61,519 bases of DNA from a virus (lineage: Duplodnaviria; Caudoviricetes). Positions 44,392 to 55,800 of this stretch are shown in pieces. The translations under genes and the position numbers were made by a program. The notes under the pieces were generated by a model. That model had not been told where the DNA came from, did no database searches, and saw nothing but the letters and a program-made list of their open reading frames with translations. Within the stretch, counting starts at the first letter, position 1. Each line of letters begins with the position of its first letter. The stretch is from positions 1-61,519 of IMG/VR virus record IMGVR_UViG_3300042862_000334; one strand, given 5' to 3'.

Positions 44392-45051
44392 TTACAGGCA
44401 AGTGTTAGCACCCTGCACATCAACGACAGACTGCGGGATATTACGTTCCTGTTTACGTTCTTTCATTTGCCAATCGTAATCCAATAAATAGTTATGGCTG
44501 TTACCAATCAAATCATATTTGTCTTTACTAATTGACACTTTTAAAAAGGCTCTCATTCCACCTTTGGTAATTGGTGCAACTTTATGAATGTTAAATTGAT
44601 TAAGTCTTATAAGTTGATTTTCTTTGTAAGCAACATCATTAAATGGCATCGCTTGTTTTTCCATTTCTTCCATTGAAAGCAAATCGTCTAATGGCAAATC
44701 AAAATCTGTTTTATTAAAAATGGTTGGGTATTTGTCGCACCACACATAGTTAATATCATTAGTCAAAAAACCATCGCTATGCCATCCTGTTCTATTAAAA
44801 GAACAATTAGGCATTTGATAAAGAAATTTTGCAGTCAAATACACGTATGAATTTACATAATTATCCAAGCCAAATTCGCCAATAAAATCACAACATATTG
44901 CACCAATCAATTTATCAAAGCATTTTAATCGTGGCTCATAAATCGGTTGTGTTTCATTTGGCATTTTAATAGGTAAATATTGGTAGAACATCATTTCTTT
45001 ACATTCTACTTCAAATATTCCTAATTCCGTTGGTAGTTCACCGTATTTCAT
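44392..45051 (-). CDS. Putative 2OG-Fe(II) dioxygenase-like cassette protein
   Basis: GWHSDG (HxD), distal NIH, then RAFLKV. Confidence 0.5.
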   Translation of the reverse strand: MKYGELPTELGIFEVECKEMMFYQYLPIKMPNETQPIYEPRLKCFDKLIGAICCDFIGEFGLDNYVNSYVYLTAKFLYQMPNCSFNRTGWHSDGFLTNDINYVWCDKYPTIFNKTDFDLPLDDLLSMEEMEKQAMPFNDVAYKENQLIRLNQFNIHKVAPITKGGMRAFLKVSISKDKYDLIGNSHNYLLDYDWQMKERKQERNIPQSVVDVQGANTCL

Positions 45052-45353
45052 ATTGCATTGATTTTAACAGTTTCAAAAGTGTTTTCAAAAACGTAAAGGC
45101 ACAATTCCTGCATTATAAATAGTTTGCAAGTTCCCATATAATTAAGCCTTTCAAGTGGCGTTTTTATTGGTTGCCCTGTTTTATAAAATTCTAAACACCT
45201 TTTTTCTTTTGGGTGTTCTTCATCTGTTTCAACTATTGCCCACAGAAAAAACAATCCATCTACATCTTCAATGCGGATTATTTGAGCATCTTTTGGAAGT
45301 TCTATTGTGTACTTCTCTTTTGTTGGTATTGAGTATTTATATATTGCTTTCAT
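45048..45353 (-). CDS. Hypothetical protein, same cassette as the dioxygenase-like gene
   Basis: IYKY...LWAIV...TG...YMGT pattern; overlaps the next gene by 4 nt. Confidence 0.6.
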   Translation of the reverse strand: MKAIYKYSIPTKEKYTIELPKDAQIIRIEDVDGLFFLWAIVETDEEHPKEKRCLEFYKTGQPIKTPLERLNYMGTCKLFIMQELCLYVFENTFETVKINAI

Positions 45354-45523
45354 TACGAAAAATTTTAAAGATTAACCCACACCTGCCTGTAACATCGGTT
45401 TGCCAAAAGCTGGGCAGACGTAGTAAATTCAGCTTTTGTTCCTTTAATCGGCTTTAGTGCAAGGGGTGATCAGTTGTGCTTCTAATCCCAGCCTTCGGCA
45501 AGCCGTAGCCGTTAGCATCAATG

Positions 45524-45739
45524 CTACAATTTGTTTTCAAAAGATATTTTAGGCTCTTTTGGAATTGGAATTTTCATAACGTGGGTTGGCACTTTTCTGC
45601 CACAAAAACCGTAATTAAAAGAAAAAGTATTTTTTAAAAACTTTGCTTTTTTAACTTTGTTGTCCATAAAAATATAACAATCAAAATCAGTTTCTTTTTC
45701 AAAATCGAATTTATCTATTTCAATCCATCTGCAATTCAT
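45524..45739 (-). CDS. DUF551-like cassette protein
   Basis: WIEI...PTHVMKIPIP. Confidence 0.5.
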   Translation of the reverse strand: MNCRWIEIDKFDFEKETDFDCYIFMDNKVKKAKFLKNTFSFNYGFCGRKVPTHVMKIPIPKEPKISFENKL

Positions 45740-45907
45740 AGTATTTCAGTTTTAAGAACCGCACTAATGCTAACACATGTTTGTGTCAATAGCTACGGCA
45801 GTTATTAATTTAATGTTTTGCGTTTTCTTTTATGTTCAGTCTTAAACCGAAACGATAGTGTGTGTCAGAACGCTACTGAACACAAGCACTCGGAAGTTAT
45901 GTGAGAT

Positions 45908-46081
45908 TTACTCGTCAGAAGTATCAAAATTAAAATCATCTTCTTCTTCTACTATAACTTCTCCTTTATATGAAAAAGAAACAGAAGGAGAACCACAACA
46001 ACCACAACCACCTACTGACATTTGTATATCATTAGCCTTTAAAATTTCTTTTACTTTTTTAATTCTTTCTTCTATTCCCAT
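45908..46081 (-). CDS. 57-aa cassette protein with GGCGCCGSP motif
   Basis: MGIEERIKKVKEILKANDIQMSVGGCGCCGSPSVSFSYKGEVIVEEEDDFNFDTSDE*, translated by hand. Confidence 0.6.
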   Translation of the reverse strand: MGIEERIKKVKEILKANDIQMSVGGCGCCGSPSVSFSYKGEVIVEEEDDFNFDTSDE

Positions 46082-46229
46082 TTTGTTTTAATTTAAAAAC
46101 CTCACATAACAGCATATTACCGCTATGGCTTGGCTTTGGTTAATCCGAAATGTGTCGGCTCACTTTTTGTTTGTTGTTTATTTGTTGTCGTTTGTGTTCA
46201 AATACGCCACATAGTTAATATGCATAACG

Positions 46230-46481
46230 TTATAAGCAAGGTGGCTTTGGAAGTTCCATCCACCAAGTTTCATCTACATTACAATACTTTACCATTGAAG
46301 TTTCGTGTATAGAAATTGCCAAACTTTCTTGGCTATCATTCATTATTCTATAAATCAAAACTTTGTTACCGTTTTGTTCTACTGATGGCAATTTCTCCGA
46401 AGCCGCCACCCAGCTTATAACAGCACCTATATTCAATTGCGGTTTTTGTGGTTCATTCAACTTTTGTTCTTCTATTTTCAT
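46230..46481 (-). CDS. DUF551-like cassette protein starting inside the attC loop
   Basis: WVAASEKLP...WWMELPKPP; likely start is MKIEEQ at 46481. Confidence 0.6.
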   Translation of the reverse strand: MKIEEQKLNEPQKPQLNIGAVISWVAASEKLPSVEQNGNKVLIYRIMNDSQESLAISIHETSMVKYCNVDETWWMELPKPPCL

Positions 46482-46550
46482 TTGTTCTAAATTTAAAGTT
46501 TTCGTTTTTAAAGTCCGCAACTAAATATAGCTGCATCACGTTGGCAGTAA

Positions 46551-46820
46551 TTATTTGAAGAACTCGCTAAATTCAACAAGCCTTAATCCTTCTGCTTTTT
46601 GATATTCGGAACTTCCAGTACTACCAGTTGAAAAAAAACTTTCATAGTCTGCGTAAACTACTACTGCTGTTTCCGTTGTTGCCATTTGTGGTACAAAATC
46701 TAAATATAAATTTTCAGCACCTAAAAAATCTTTTACTTTATCAAACTCTTTTTTATCTCTAATAATAATTGATAATCCTTTGTAATCCATCACGTTTAGT
46801 ATTATAACTACTGCTAACAA
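46551..46820 (-). CDS. Hypothetical protein of the last cassette
   Basis: Fills cassette 10; start uncertain (46790 or 46820). Confidence 0.55.
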   Translation of the reverse strand: MLAVVIILNVMDYKGLSIIIRDKKEFDKVKDFLGAENLYLDFVPQMATTETAVVVYADYESFFSTGSTGSSEYQKAEGLRLVEFSEFFK

Positions 46821-46880
46821 CGGCTATACAATAGTTGGGTTAATTGTTTAATTTAAAGTCTGTTTTGTTTCATATCTTAT

Positions 46881-47039
46881 TTATTTTTTAAGTTTTTCTA
46901 ATTCAGCTTTATAAGCTTCGATAAGCTTGCCATTTTTTATAATTATATCAGATGCTAAACTTGGATATTGACTAATTGTACGTTTAACGTCATTTTTTAA
47001 ATACTCAATTAATATAACTATTTCTTCACATCTTTCCAT
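46881..47039 (-). CDS. 52-aa paralogue of 36564-36722
   Basis: Clear nucleotide and protein similarity. Confidence 0.6.
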   Translation of the reverse strand: MERCEEIVILIEYLKNDVKRTISQYPSLASDIIIKNGKLIEAYKAELEKLKK

Positions 47040-47102
47040 ATCTTATTTATTTTTCTTTTATCCAATTATAGCATCACTTCCTAATAGTAGTCTTTTCATA
47101 TC

Positions 47103-48341
47103 TTATTTGTTTTTAAATTGTTTAAAGAATTGTTTAATTTTTTCTTCCCTAATTAATCCTTGCATACCTCTATTATCTAATAAAAATTTGTCAAATTCAT
47201 TAATCATCACTATAACTTCTTCATCACTATACATTTTCTTGTCTTGTTCTTGTTTTTTAAGAAGATACTCTATTGCTTTTTCTAGTGTTTTTACTCTATC
47301 ATCATTAAAGAATTGTTCAGGCTCTTGTTGCCATTTAGCACCTGTTAAAAAAGCAGATTGTAAATAACCACTAATATCATAATCATTTACTATTTCTTCT
47401 TCTCCATAAAATCTTTCAGCAACTTCTTCAAGTGTTTCTTTTTTCATAACTTATTTCTTTTTAAATTGTTCAAACCATTCCTTTGGTAACATTGGAATTT
47501 TAAGTATTTTTTCAGCAGAACACATCAAGCAGTAATCTGCGTATTTATCCATGTAACTATACATCCTTTCCTCTTGCCATTCAGCTCCAGCTATAAAATA
47601 GTGACGTGATATTTCCGCAGCATTCACTTTTTGTTTTGGTGCTACTTCAATAAAGTTATCAGGTATCGCTCTTTTAGCTGCTTCTTCAAGTGTTTCTTGT
47701 TCAAGTTCGTATGAATACTTTTCTAAACCTTGTTGCTCATATTCTTTAACTGATTGTTTAGGTTCTTCTTTTTTACTAAACATAGAATTAGCAATAGACA
47801 TAATATTTATTGAATTTTCAATAGAATCTTCAAATTTAGTTTCTTCTTTTGGAATAATTATCATATATTCATAAGGACTATGTATTTCTTTAAAACTTCT
47901 AAACTTTTCAACTTCAACAAACTCACAACTCGGATGAGCCACAAACCACTCTAAAAAATCATTATCAATAGCTTGTACACCATCTTTGATTAAGTCTTGG
48001 TCTGTTGTTAGGATGATTTCTCTTATATGATTATAATTCCAAATATCTTGTTTATTTGACCATTCAATTCCAATTAATTTACAAGAACCTTTAAAAAATC
48101 TATTTTTACAAGTTAGTTTACCAATATTTCCATTTTGAACATCAATAACATAAATTGATTTTGTTAAATTTTCTTCTTTTATTTCTTTATCTGAAGTAAT
48201 GCAGATGTTTTGAGGTTTAACATACGCAACACCTGTTCTAGCAAATTTATCAAATATTAAATAATGTTTTCGTCTTGTTGATAACCATAACCTACTTGGT
48301 TTATCTGTTGGTATTACCCATAAATTTCTTTTTTGTTCCAT
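47103..48341 (-). CDS. Two hypothetical proteins sharing the ETLEE(V/A)A...GA(K/E)WQ(Q/E)E...FEQFK module (47103-47447, 47451-48341)
   Basis: Module is visible in both translations. Confidence 0.6.
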
Positions 48342-48448
48342 ATAAAATTATTTGTTTTTAAATTATTTGACAAATATAACAAATAAATGTTAACGATTAA
48401 CATATACGCATAAAAAAAACCGCTTTTTATTGCTCATTTTTTCCATAA

Positions 48449-49394
48449 CTACTTATTTAAAAACTGTTCTAAAACTTCCTTTTCTCTACTAACTTTTTCA
48501 AGCTGTTCTTTCATTTTTCCCACAAAAACAGATGAAACAGATGAAAATAAGTTAACACTCTCCTCAATAGATAAATCTTTCTTTAGTAAACTCATAATAA
48601 GAGTCTTCTTATCTTTAAATTCAGTTTCTTTTTCTGTCTTTTGTAAGTAATTTGCCAATCTAATTCTCCAACTTTTTAAACACTTTGTCATTTTTATTTC
48701 TTATTTTGTTTGTAAATGTATTAATTAATTTTTAATCTCACAAGATTATTCTGTTTTATTTTTTCGTGTGGTGGTAAAACTACTTCTGTTTTTATAATCT
48801 ATTTCTTTACAGGCGGGCTTGAAATTGTAGCATATTTTCCATTATCAAAGACTAATACTCCGTCTAAATAAGCTACATTCAAATGATATTTACTTACTGT
48901 TATTTTATTGTTTTCTATTTTTCTTAATACTCCATTAGGTGTTTCAACCCAACATGGTATTGGATACATATCTAGTAGTTCTCTGTATAACATTTATTAA
49001 TTTAATTGTTGATAATTACTTTTTCCGCCCAAACATTATTCTCTCCGCAATAAATAACTCCACCCTCTGAATTAATAACATCTTTTGGTAAAGACTGTAA
49101 GTATTCAATTTCTTCTTTAAGTTTCATTACTCTATTTTCATTTTCCGCTAAAAAAGAATAAGAACTGAATTTAACTTCTTCATACTTCACTGCAAACTTA
49201 TTAAAATGCTCATTATACAGCTCTATAACTTTTGATTGCATTTCTTTAATTCTGTTGGTTCTGTCTTCATGTTCTGCATATCTTAAATTTACTACTTTAA
49301 GTGGTTTTTTAATGTTTTTTGTGGCAGATAAAAAGTAAGTTTCTGTTGGATATGCTTTATTGATTTCTTTTAATGTTACTACGTCTTTTTGCAT
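48449..49394 (-). CDS. Three hypothetical proteins (48449-48691, 48799-48993, 49002-49394)
   Basis: ORF track. Confidence 0.55.
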
Positions 49395-49398
49395 AATG

Positions 49399-49818
49399 TT
49401 ATTTTATTAATGCTTCTTCAAGCGTTACTATTCTATTGTAAAATCTAATTACTTGTTTTGATTCTGTTAGTCTTAAATTTATTCTTTCTTTGAGTAATTG
49501 CCTACTTTCTTTAGTTTCTTGCCAGTCGTTGAACAAGTGTGGTGGTATGTTTTTATATGATTCTGAATAATCCATTATATTAAATCCCCTAATTTCAGCT
49601 TCACTTACTAAACCTTTATGCCTATTAACTAAATATTTCAAGCGTCCATAGAAAAAAGTTGTGTGATTTGTTCCTAATTTAAACACATCTGTTTTATTTT
49701 CTATTTTAGCTTTGCCACTTTTTACTGTGTTCAAAATTCTAGGTAACTCTCTAATTTCTGCTAGTAAGTGGGCGTTAGTCAACTCGATAGGTCGTATTGA
49801 AGCGTTTATTCTTGTCAA
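49399..49818 (-). CDS. denV: Pyrimidine dimer DNA glycosylase (T4 endonuclease V-like)
   Basis: MTRIN...HLLAEIRELPRI...FKLGTNHTTFFY; TTG start. Confidence 0.85.
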   Translation of the reverse strand: MTRINASIRPIELTNAHLLAEIRELPRILNTVKSGKAKIENKTDVFKLGTNHTTFFYGRLKYLVNRHKGLVSEAEIRGFNIMDYSESYKNIPPHLFNDWQETKESRQLLKERINLRLTESKQVIRFYNRIVTLEEALIK

Positions 49819-49822
49819 AATA

Positions 49823-52800
49823 TTATTGTTTTTTATTAATTAAAAATTTATCTGCTAAATATAAATCCATGCAATCGTAAGTGGAAGTGTTTAATTCTGC
49901 AAATTTAGAGTTTAAAAATCTATCGTATTCTACAAACACTAAACCCCACTGTAAATCATATTCTAATTTCTTAAACTTTTTATCTCTTAATTTCCATAGA
50001 TTAGAGAATAAGTATTGGTCGTATGTCATCTTAATACAAATTTATGATTATTAACCTGTTCTTCTGTTTTTATTTCAAATTTTTCTCCGCGCATTTCACA
50101 ACCTCTAAACTGCTCGGCTTGTTCTAAAGTGCAAGGTTTTGAAAGTAAAACCCAATAGTTGTCTTTTATTGCTACTGCTACGTGCATAATTAATCTTCTT
50201 TTCTTGTTAAACCTATTTCTTCTGCCTCTAAAGAAATTATATCAAAAACTGTTTCCATAATATAATCTCTCCCTAATGCTTCAATTAAAACTTCCATAGC
50301 TTCTTCGTCTGTGCAATTATAGTTCTGTTTTACATCGTCTATGTGCCAAAGGTTGTCTACTTGATAACCTGCATTTTCTAATACTTGTTTTGCTTTTTCT
50401 ATTTCGTTCATAACTTTACTTTTTAAAATAATCTTTTACAAATTCTACAATTTCTTCTTCCCAATCTAAATCCACATCTTCCCAATTAAATGTTTCAGGG
50501 TATTTTATTAAAAACTTTTTTGCTATTTTAATACACTCGTCTATTTTTGAGAAAAACGAACCTCTTACGTCATCTTTTAATAAATCATAGTACATTATGT
50601 ATCCTACTACTTCTTCCATAACTTTATCTGTTTAAAATTATAATTCCGCCTAAACAAATTAAAGATAAAAGAAGATAAATAACTGTTTTTAATAAATAAA
50701 TTCTTTTTTCCGCCATTCCAATATATCTTAAAACAGAAATTGGCGTTGTTAAATAATCTTCTTCTGCGTTTTCTTTGTAATATCTTAAATCTTTTTCCAT
50801 ATTAGTTTACTTTTTTGTTTTCACTATACAATTTTCTTGGTTTGTATTGATAACTCCCAAAACTAACAATATGCTTTTCAACTAAATTATGAATAGTTGC
50901 GTTATTAGTTCCTGTTGCTTTTGCTAATCTGCCTATAAAAACTTTATAAGTTAAACAACCGTTATTAAAATCTTCTATTGCTTTTGTTGTTTTCCAATAG
51001 TTTTGATTTTCTGTTGTGCCGTGATTTTCATTTGCAAAATAATTTACTCTAATGTCTGTTGCTACTTTGTTGTAGAAATCTTGTGTTGTGTGTATCATAT
51101 CTTTTTTATTTTGTTAGTGGCGAAATTTTATTAACAAGAAGTATCTACTATATCAAAGTTATAACTTCCATTTTCGTAAGCGTGTTTGTTTATAGTATTA
51201 AGATAGATACTGTATCTACTATCAGGATTTTCATCTCTACTTATTTCTATCCTATCTGTGTAATGCTGAATAGTATAATCATCACTTTCTTCGTAATCAA
51301 TATTTCCTAAATACTCAATCAAAGCTGTTTCAATAGCATCTTCAAAACTTTCTTTGAAACCAATCCCCAAACCGTCTAAATCAATATCGTTATTCCAACG
51401 TAAATTAACTACATCTTTTACTTTTTCTACGGCATCATCATAAGAAAGACCGTTTAAATCTTCTATTTTTAAATCGGTTATAGTGTGCCAAATTTTAAAC
51501 CTACTATCTGGATTATCTGAAAGGTGTTTAGAATTTCTATCGTCTAACCAATTAGCACCTAAAAACTTATGGCAATAATTCATACCTTTACCTTCGTGTT
51601 GATAAGCTATAACTAAATTGCCGTACAAAGGTGAATAATCAAAATTTGAGTAAAAACTATCTATAACTTCATCGTTTAGCCAAAAGTCTGTTATAATTTG
51701 CCCACCTTGTTGTGTGTTGTTTTTAATTTCATCAAAATACTTTAAGGAATCTTTTTTATTCGCAAAAGATTGTGTTAAACTTTCGTCTTGTTCTGTATTG
51801 TTTTCTGTTGAAAATGATTGTGTTACTAAATATTTCATAATTCTAATTTTAAAGTGTTACTTTCTATTTTATTAATCTGTTGTTGTATGTAGTTTTCTAT
51901 TAGTGGCTCTAAATCTTTTTTCCAAATGAATGTATTTTCAAAATCTATGCTGTCATATCCGTCATATTCTACTATACTTTCTAAAATCTGTTGTTTTGTT
52001 TTGAAAGTGTAGTTATTTTGAACCTCTTTTTTAATTTTTTCGCGCAAAGAAAGGAAATAAAACTGCAAATATAAGAAATCTATTCTATTATTCAAAGAAA
52101 AATAATTACTTTTTTGCACCCAACTCATTTTGTTTAATTTCTGTTTTGACCGAAAATTAACTGCTTTTTGTAAGATTTTTAGTTTCAAAGTTATATATTT
52201 TGTTTACTTTGTAAAATGTCTTCTACACTTGGTTGATTACCTTCTCCGATATACTCTTCAATAACTAAAAGTAATTTCTTTATATTATTTAAAGATATAT
52301 CTTCTCTATTTTGTTTTAATTCTCTTGCTATTTGATTTTTCGCCAAAATAGCGTCAAAATGTTTATCTTTCATAACTAATCTTTTAATAGAATAAATCTG
52401 TTATTTTTATTTTTTAATTATTTCATATTCAAAACTCCAATGACAAAAACCTGTTTCATCTGATATTTTATCTTCTATTTCACATAAAGAAGTTACTTCT
52501 AAAGTTAATTCTTGTGGTAAATCAACTTCTTCTCCGTCTGTATCATAATCTATGTTAAAAACCCTTACTTTCATAATTTCACTAATTTATAATTTTCTCC
52601 TGCAAAAATATGTTTTATCTGTATTCTATTAAGCATATTATCTGTTGCTCTTAAAACTGTTTCTTTTCCTATTTTTACGTGTAAATTGTATTTTGGATTA
52701 AATGTGTTCATAGTTCTATAAATTATAATTTTTAATTAATTCTTTTTTCGTGCATCTATCAAAACCATAATACTCTAAAAAGTCGTTTATGTGTTTGATA

Positions 52801-55800
52801 GTAGTTTGACTTTGACAATTATAAACACTCATTTCATTTGTTAAATGATTATAACTGGCTACTCTTGTTGTGTAAGAAATTAAATCTGAATAGTGGTCGC
52901 CATCTTGGTTTACATATTCGTTTACGTGGTTGTTTGCTAATTTATTGATATAAAATGTTTTCATAATTATTCTTCTGTGTTAATTTCTTGCCACGCTTGA
53001 CAAAGTTCTAAAATTTCTTCTAAAGTTTCAACATCTAATTCCTCATAAGTTAAAGAATAGTCATCAACACTTTCTCCTAATTGTTCACTCCAAACTTCAA
53101 CATCAACTGATTCTTTATTAAAATGCTCAATCAAATGGTTTAAATTTCCCTTTTGGTTAGGTACACTTGGACTACAACTTGCTTCAACTTCTCCTACTCC
53201 AAATGTTCCATAATTATCAATAATTTCTTTTATTTCTACTATTAAATCTGTTTTTGTAGAATTGTCAATTAAATTTCCGTCTTGTTCTTGGTCTGTGTAA
53301 ATTCCCATAATTTTATATTTTTTGCTCCTCTAAAGTTTCTAATAAGTATAATAATTCTCCTACTCCTACAACATCTTCATCAAAACTAAAGGCGTTACCA
53401 TTAATAGTAGTTAAATAACCTTCTTCATCAATCCCGATAATCTCCTCCGTATATCTATCTACTATCTCGATATTGATAGGTTCTTTAAAAGTTTGAGGAA
53501 ATTCTAATTGATAACATAAACTTAATACTTTACCTCTTAAATCGTTGTATTCGTTTGATAGTTTTTCTAAATTTTTCATAGTTTATTTTTTGTTAAAATT
53601 ATTTCGGTAGTATTCAGAATGTTTTAACTTATTTCAACCCTGCAAAATTCAAAATCTGAATATCTTGTAAGATATAAGTCTAATATCACTACATCGGTAA
53701 TATAATCAAATTGTAAAGGTATTTCATCTAAACTTCTATCTGTTTCTTTTTCAATATCTTCTATAAGATTTTTTAAATCCTGTAATGTTTTCATAATACT
53801 ATATTTTTATTTTTGTCGCAATTTTTAAAAATTATAAATTTCATTTGATAATGAAAATGTTATTGTTCCGTTTGTATCTACTTTATTGCTTATTAATCTT
53901 TTTACGGCGGTTTCTATGCCTTTCAAAGAAGTGTATTTTTGTCTGTTTGTTCCTTTGTTACTGCGACAAAATAAATTCGCCCCAAAACTTGAAAGCATAA
54001 AGTCTGGCTCTTTATCTCGCCCAACTAAAACTAAATGAAAAACATAACTTTTATCTGACAAGTGTACGTTAATTTGCTTCTCCTCGTTGTATAACTGCTC
54101 TAATGTTATACCTAAATTTTTAATTGTTTTCATAGTACAAATGTAATTATTAATTTATAATGATTTTAAATTATTAACTGATTTTTTAATATAGTCTTTA
54201 TTATACCCTTTAAACACATTTTCATTCAATAAATAATCTATTGCATCTTCTCTTGAAAATTCTACTTCGTGTTGATTTTCCCAAACATTTTCTTTATTTA
54301 ATACCATTAAAAGTATAGATTTTAAATGTGCATTATCATCTAAAATATCGCTTATTTCTGTTTCTTTTAAAGTGTTTGTATAAAATCCTCTGTTTACTTT
54401 TATAGTTTTTTCGCCCGAAACAGAATTTTCAATATCCTCACTTGTAATATCCACTTCTAAATTAAAAAAATCTTCTACTTCTTTTGAATCCTTACCATAT
54501 TTTAATACAAGTTCATCTAATTGCTTATCTAAACTTTTATATTCCTTGCTTCTTCTGTCTAAATGTTCTGCTAAATACTTATACATTTTCATTTTGTTAG
54601 TTTTTAGGTGTTATTTTAGTTGTTGTCATAATTCAAATTGTTTAAAATTAAAATTCCGCCAATAAAAATTAAAAATAGTGATTTAAACCGATTATATTTT
54701 AAAGTTAAAATTATAGTGCTTATTGTACTTTACTTTATCCTCTTTATCAAAGTATTTAAACCACTCTTTTACACCGTCATAATGTTCTCCCATCTCTATA
54801 TATAGATAATCATCATCTTTAAATGTTGCGATTTTATAAGAGTATTGACCTATAAATGTACGTAAAACACCACATGTTAACCAGCTATCGTAATCTTCTA
54901 ATTTTATAAATTTTTTATTATATTCTTTTAAAATATCTTTTATTTCTTTAAATGTTATTTTAGTTGTTGTCATAATTCAAATATTTAATTATTGTTATCT
55001 TTATTTCTTGTACAAATATACAAACTAATATTGAAATAAAAAACTTTTAAGTTAATTTTTTTGTTAAAATTTCAATTACTTCTTTTGGCTTAATTCCAAA
55101 CAAAGAAACTCTTTGAGAATTTAGATTTTCTCCACCAATACAATAACGTATATCTATTGTAGTTTTAGAGGCGGGTTTTTTAATCATATATTTGCTAAAC
55201 TCTTTAATTATATAGTTTATAGCGTTTTCGTGCGTTGTGTCTTGTAAGTTTAAGTATTCTGTATCTTGACAATTACCTTTTACTGTTAATCTTACAAGTT
55301 CTAATTTTATTGGTGTGTATATTTTCATTTTGTTGTTTTTAATTAAATCCTTTTAACTTTTCTTCTACTTTTAATAATCTAACTTTAAGTTTTTCAATCA
55401 TTCCTTTATCTGAATGAGGGTTTTTGATTAATTCTTCAATGGTATTTTTTATTTGTTCAAAATCTTCTCTTGTTTTAGGTTCTTCTAAAATCATAGTTTT
55501 AAAGTGTTATTTTTATCAAAGGTATATATCAATACCAAAATTATATTAAAGTGTCTTACAATCGTTTTAAATAGTGTCTGTTAAGTAAGCATCTGTTTTA
55601 CAATGCGGACAAGCCCAAAAACTATTTTCATAATCGTTTATGTACTCCATTGAATAAACTTTTATACCTTTAATATCGTACTTCTTTGCGTTTATTTGTG
55701 GGTTTTCGTCTATTAACAACCTTTCACAATTATTGCATTTACAAAGTTCTGTTCCGTTTTCTTTTAGTTTCATAATTTAGTACATTTTACCGTTAGACAA

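Larger units (their letters stand above)
41683..46850. mobile_element. Integron-like cassette array 2 (10 cassettes, last attC truncated)
   Basis: Cassettes start at GTT 41683, 42670, 43158, 43461, 43872, 44391, 45511, 45896, 46229, 46540. AAC-hairpin-GTT sites at 42549-42672, 43036-43160, 43196-43463, 43750-43874, 44305-44393, 45391-45513, 45772-45898, 46108-46231, 46419-46542; half-site at 46816. Confidence 0.88.

Noticed and set aside
41683-46850. CRISPR array interpretation of the repeated GTTATAA/TTATAAC motifs
   Set aside because: Repeats are not identical direct repeats, the spacers are 40-1000 bp and contain genes, and no cas operon is present
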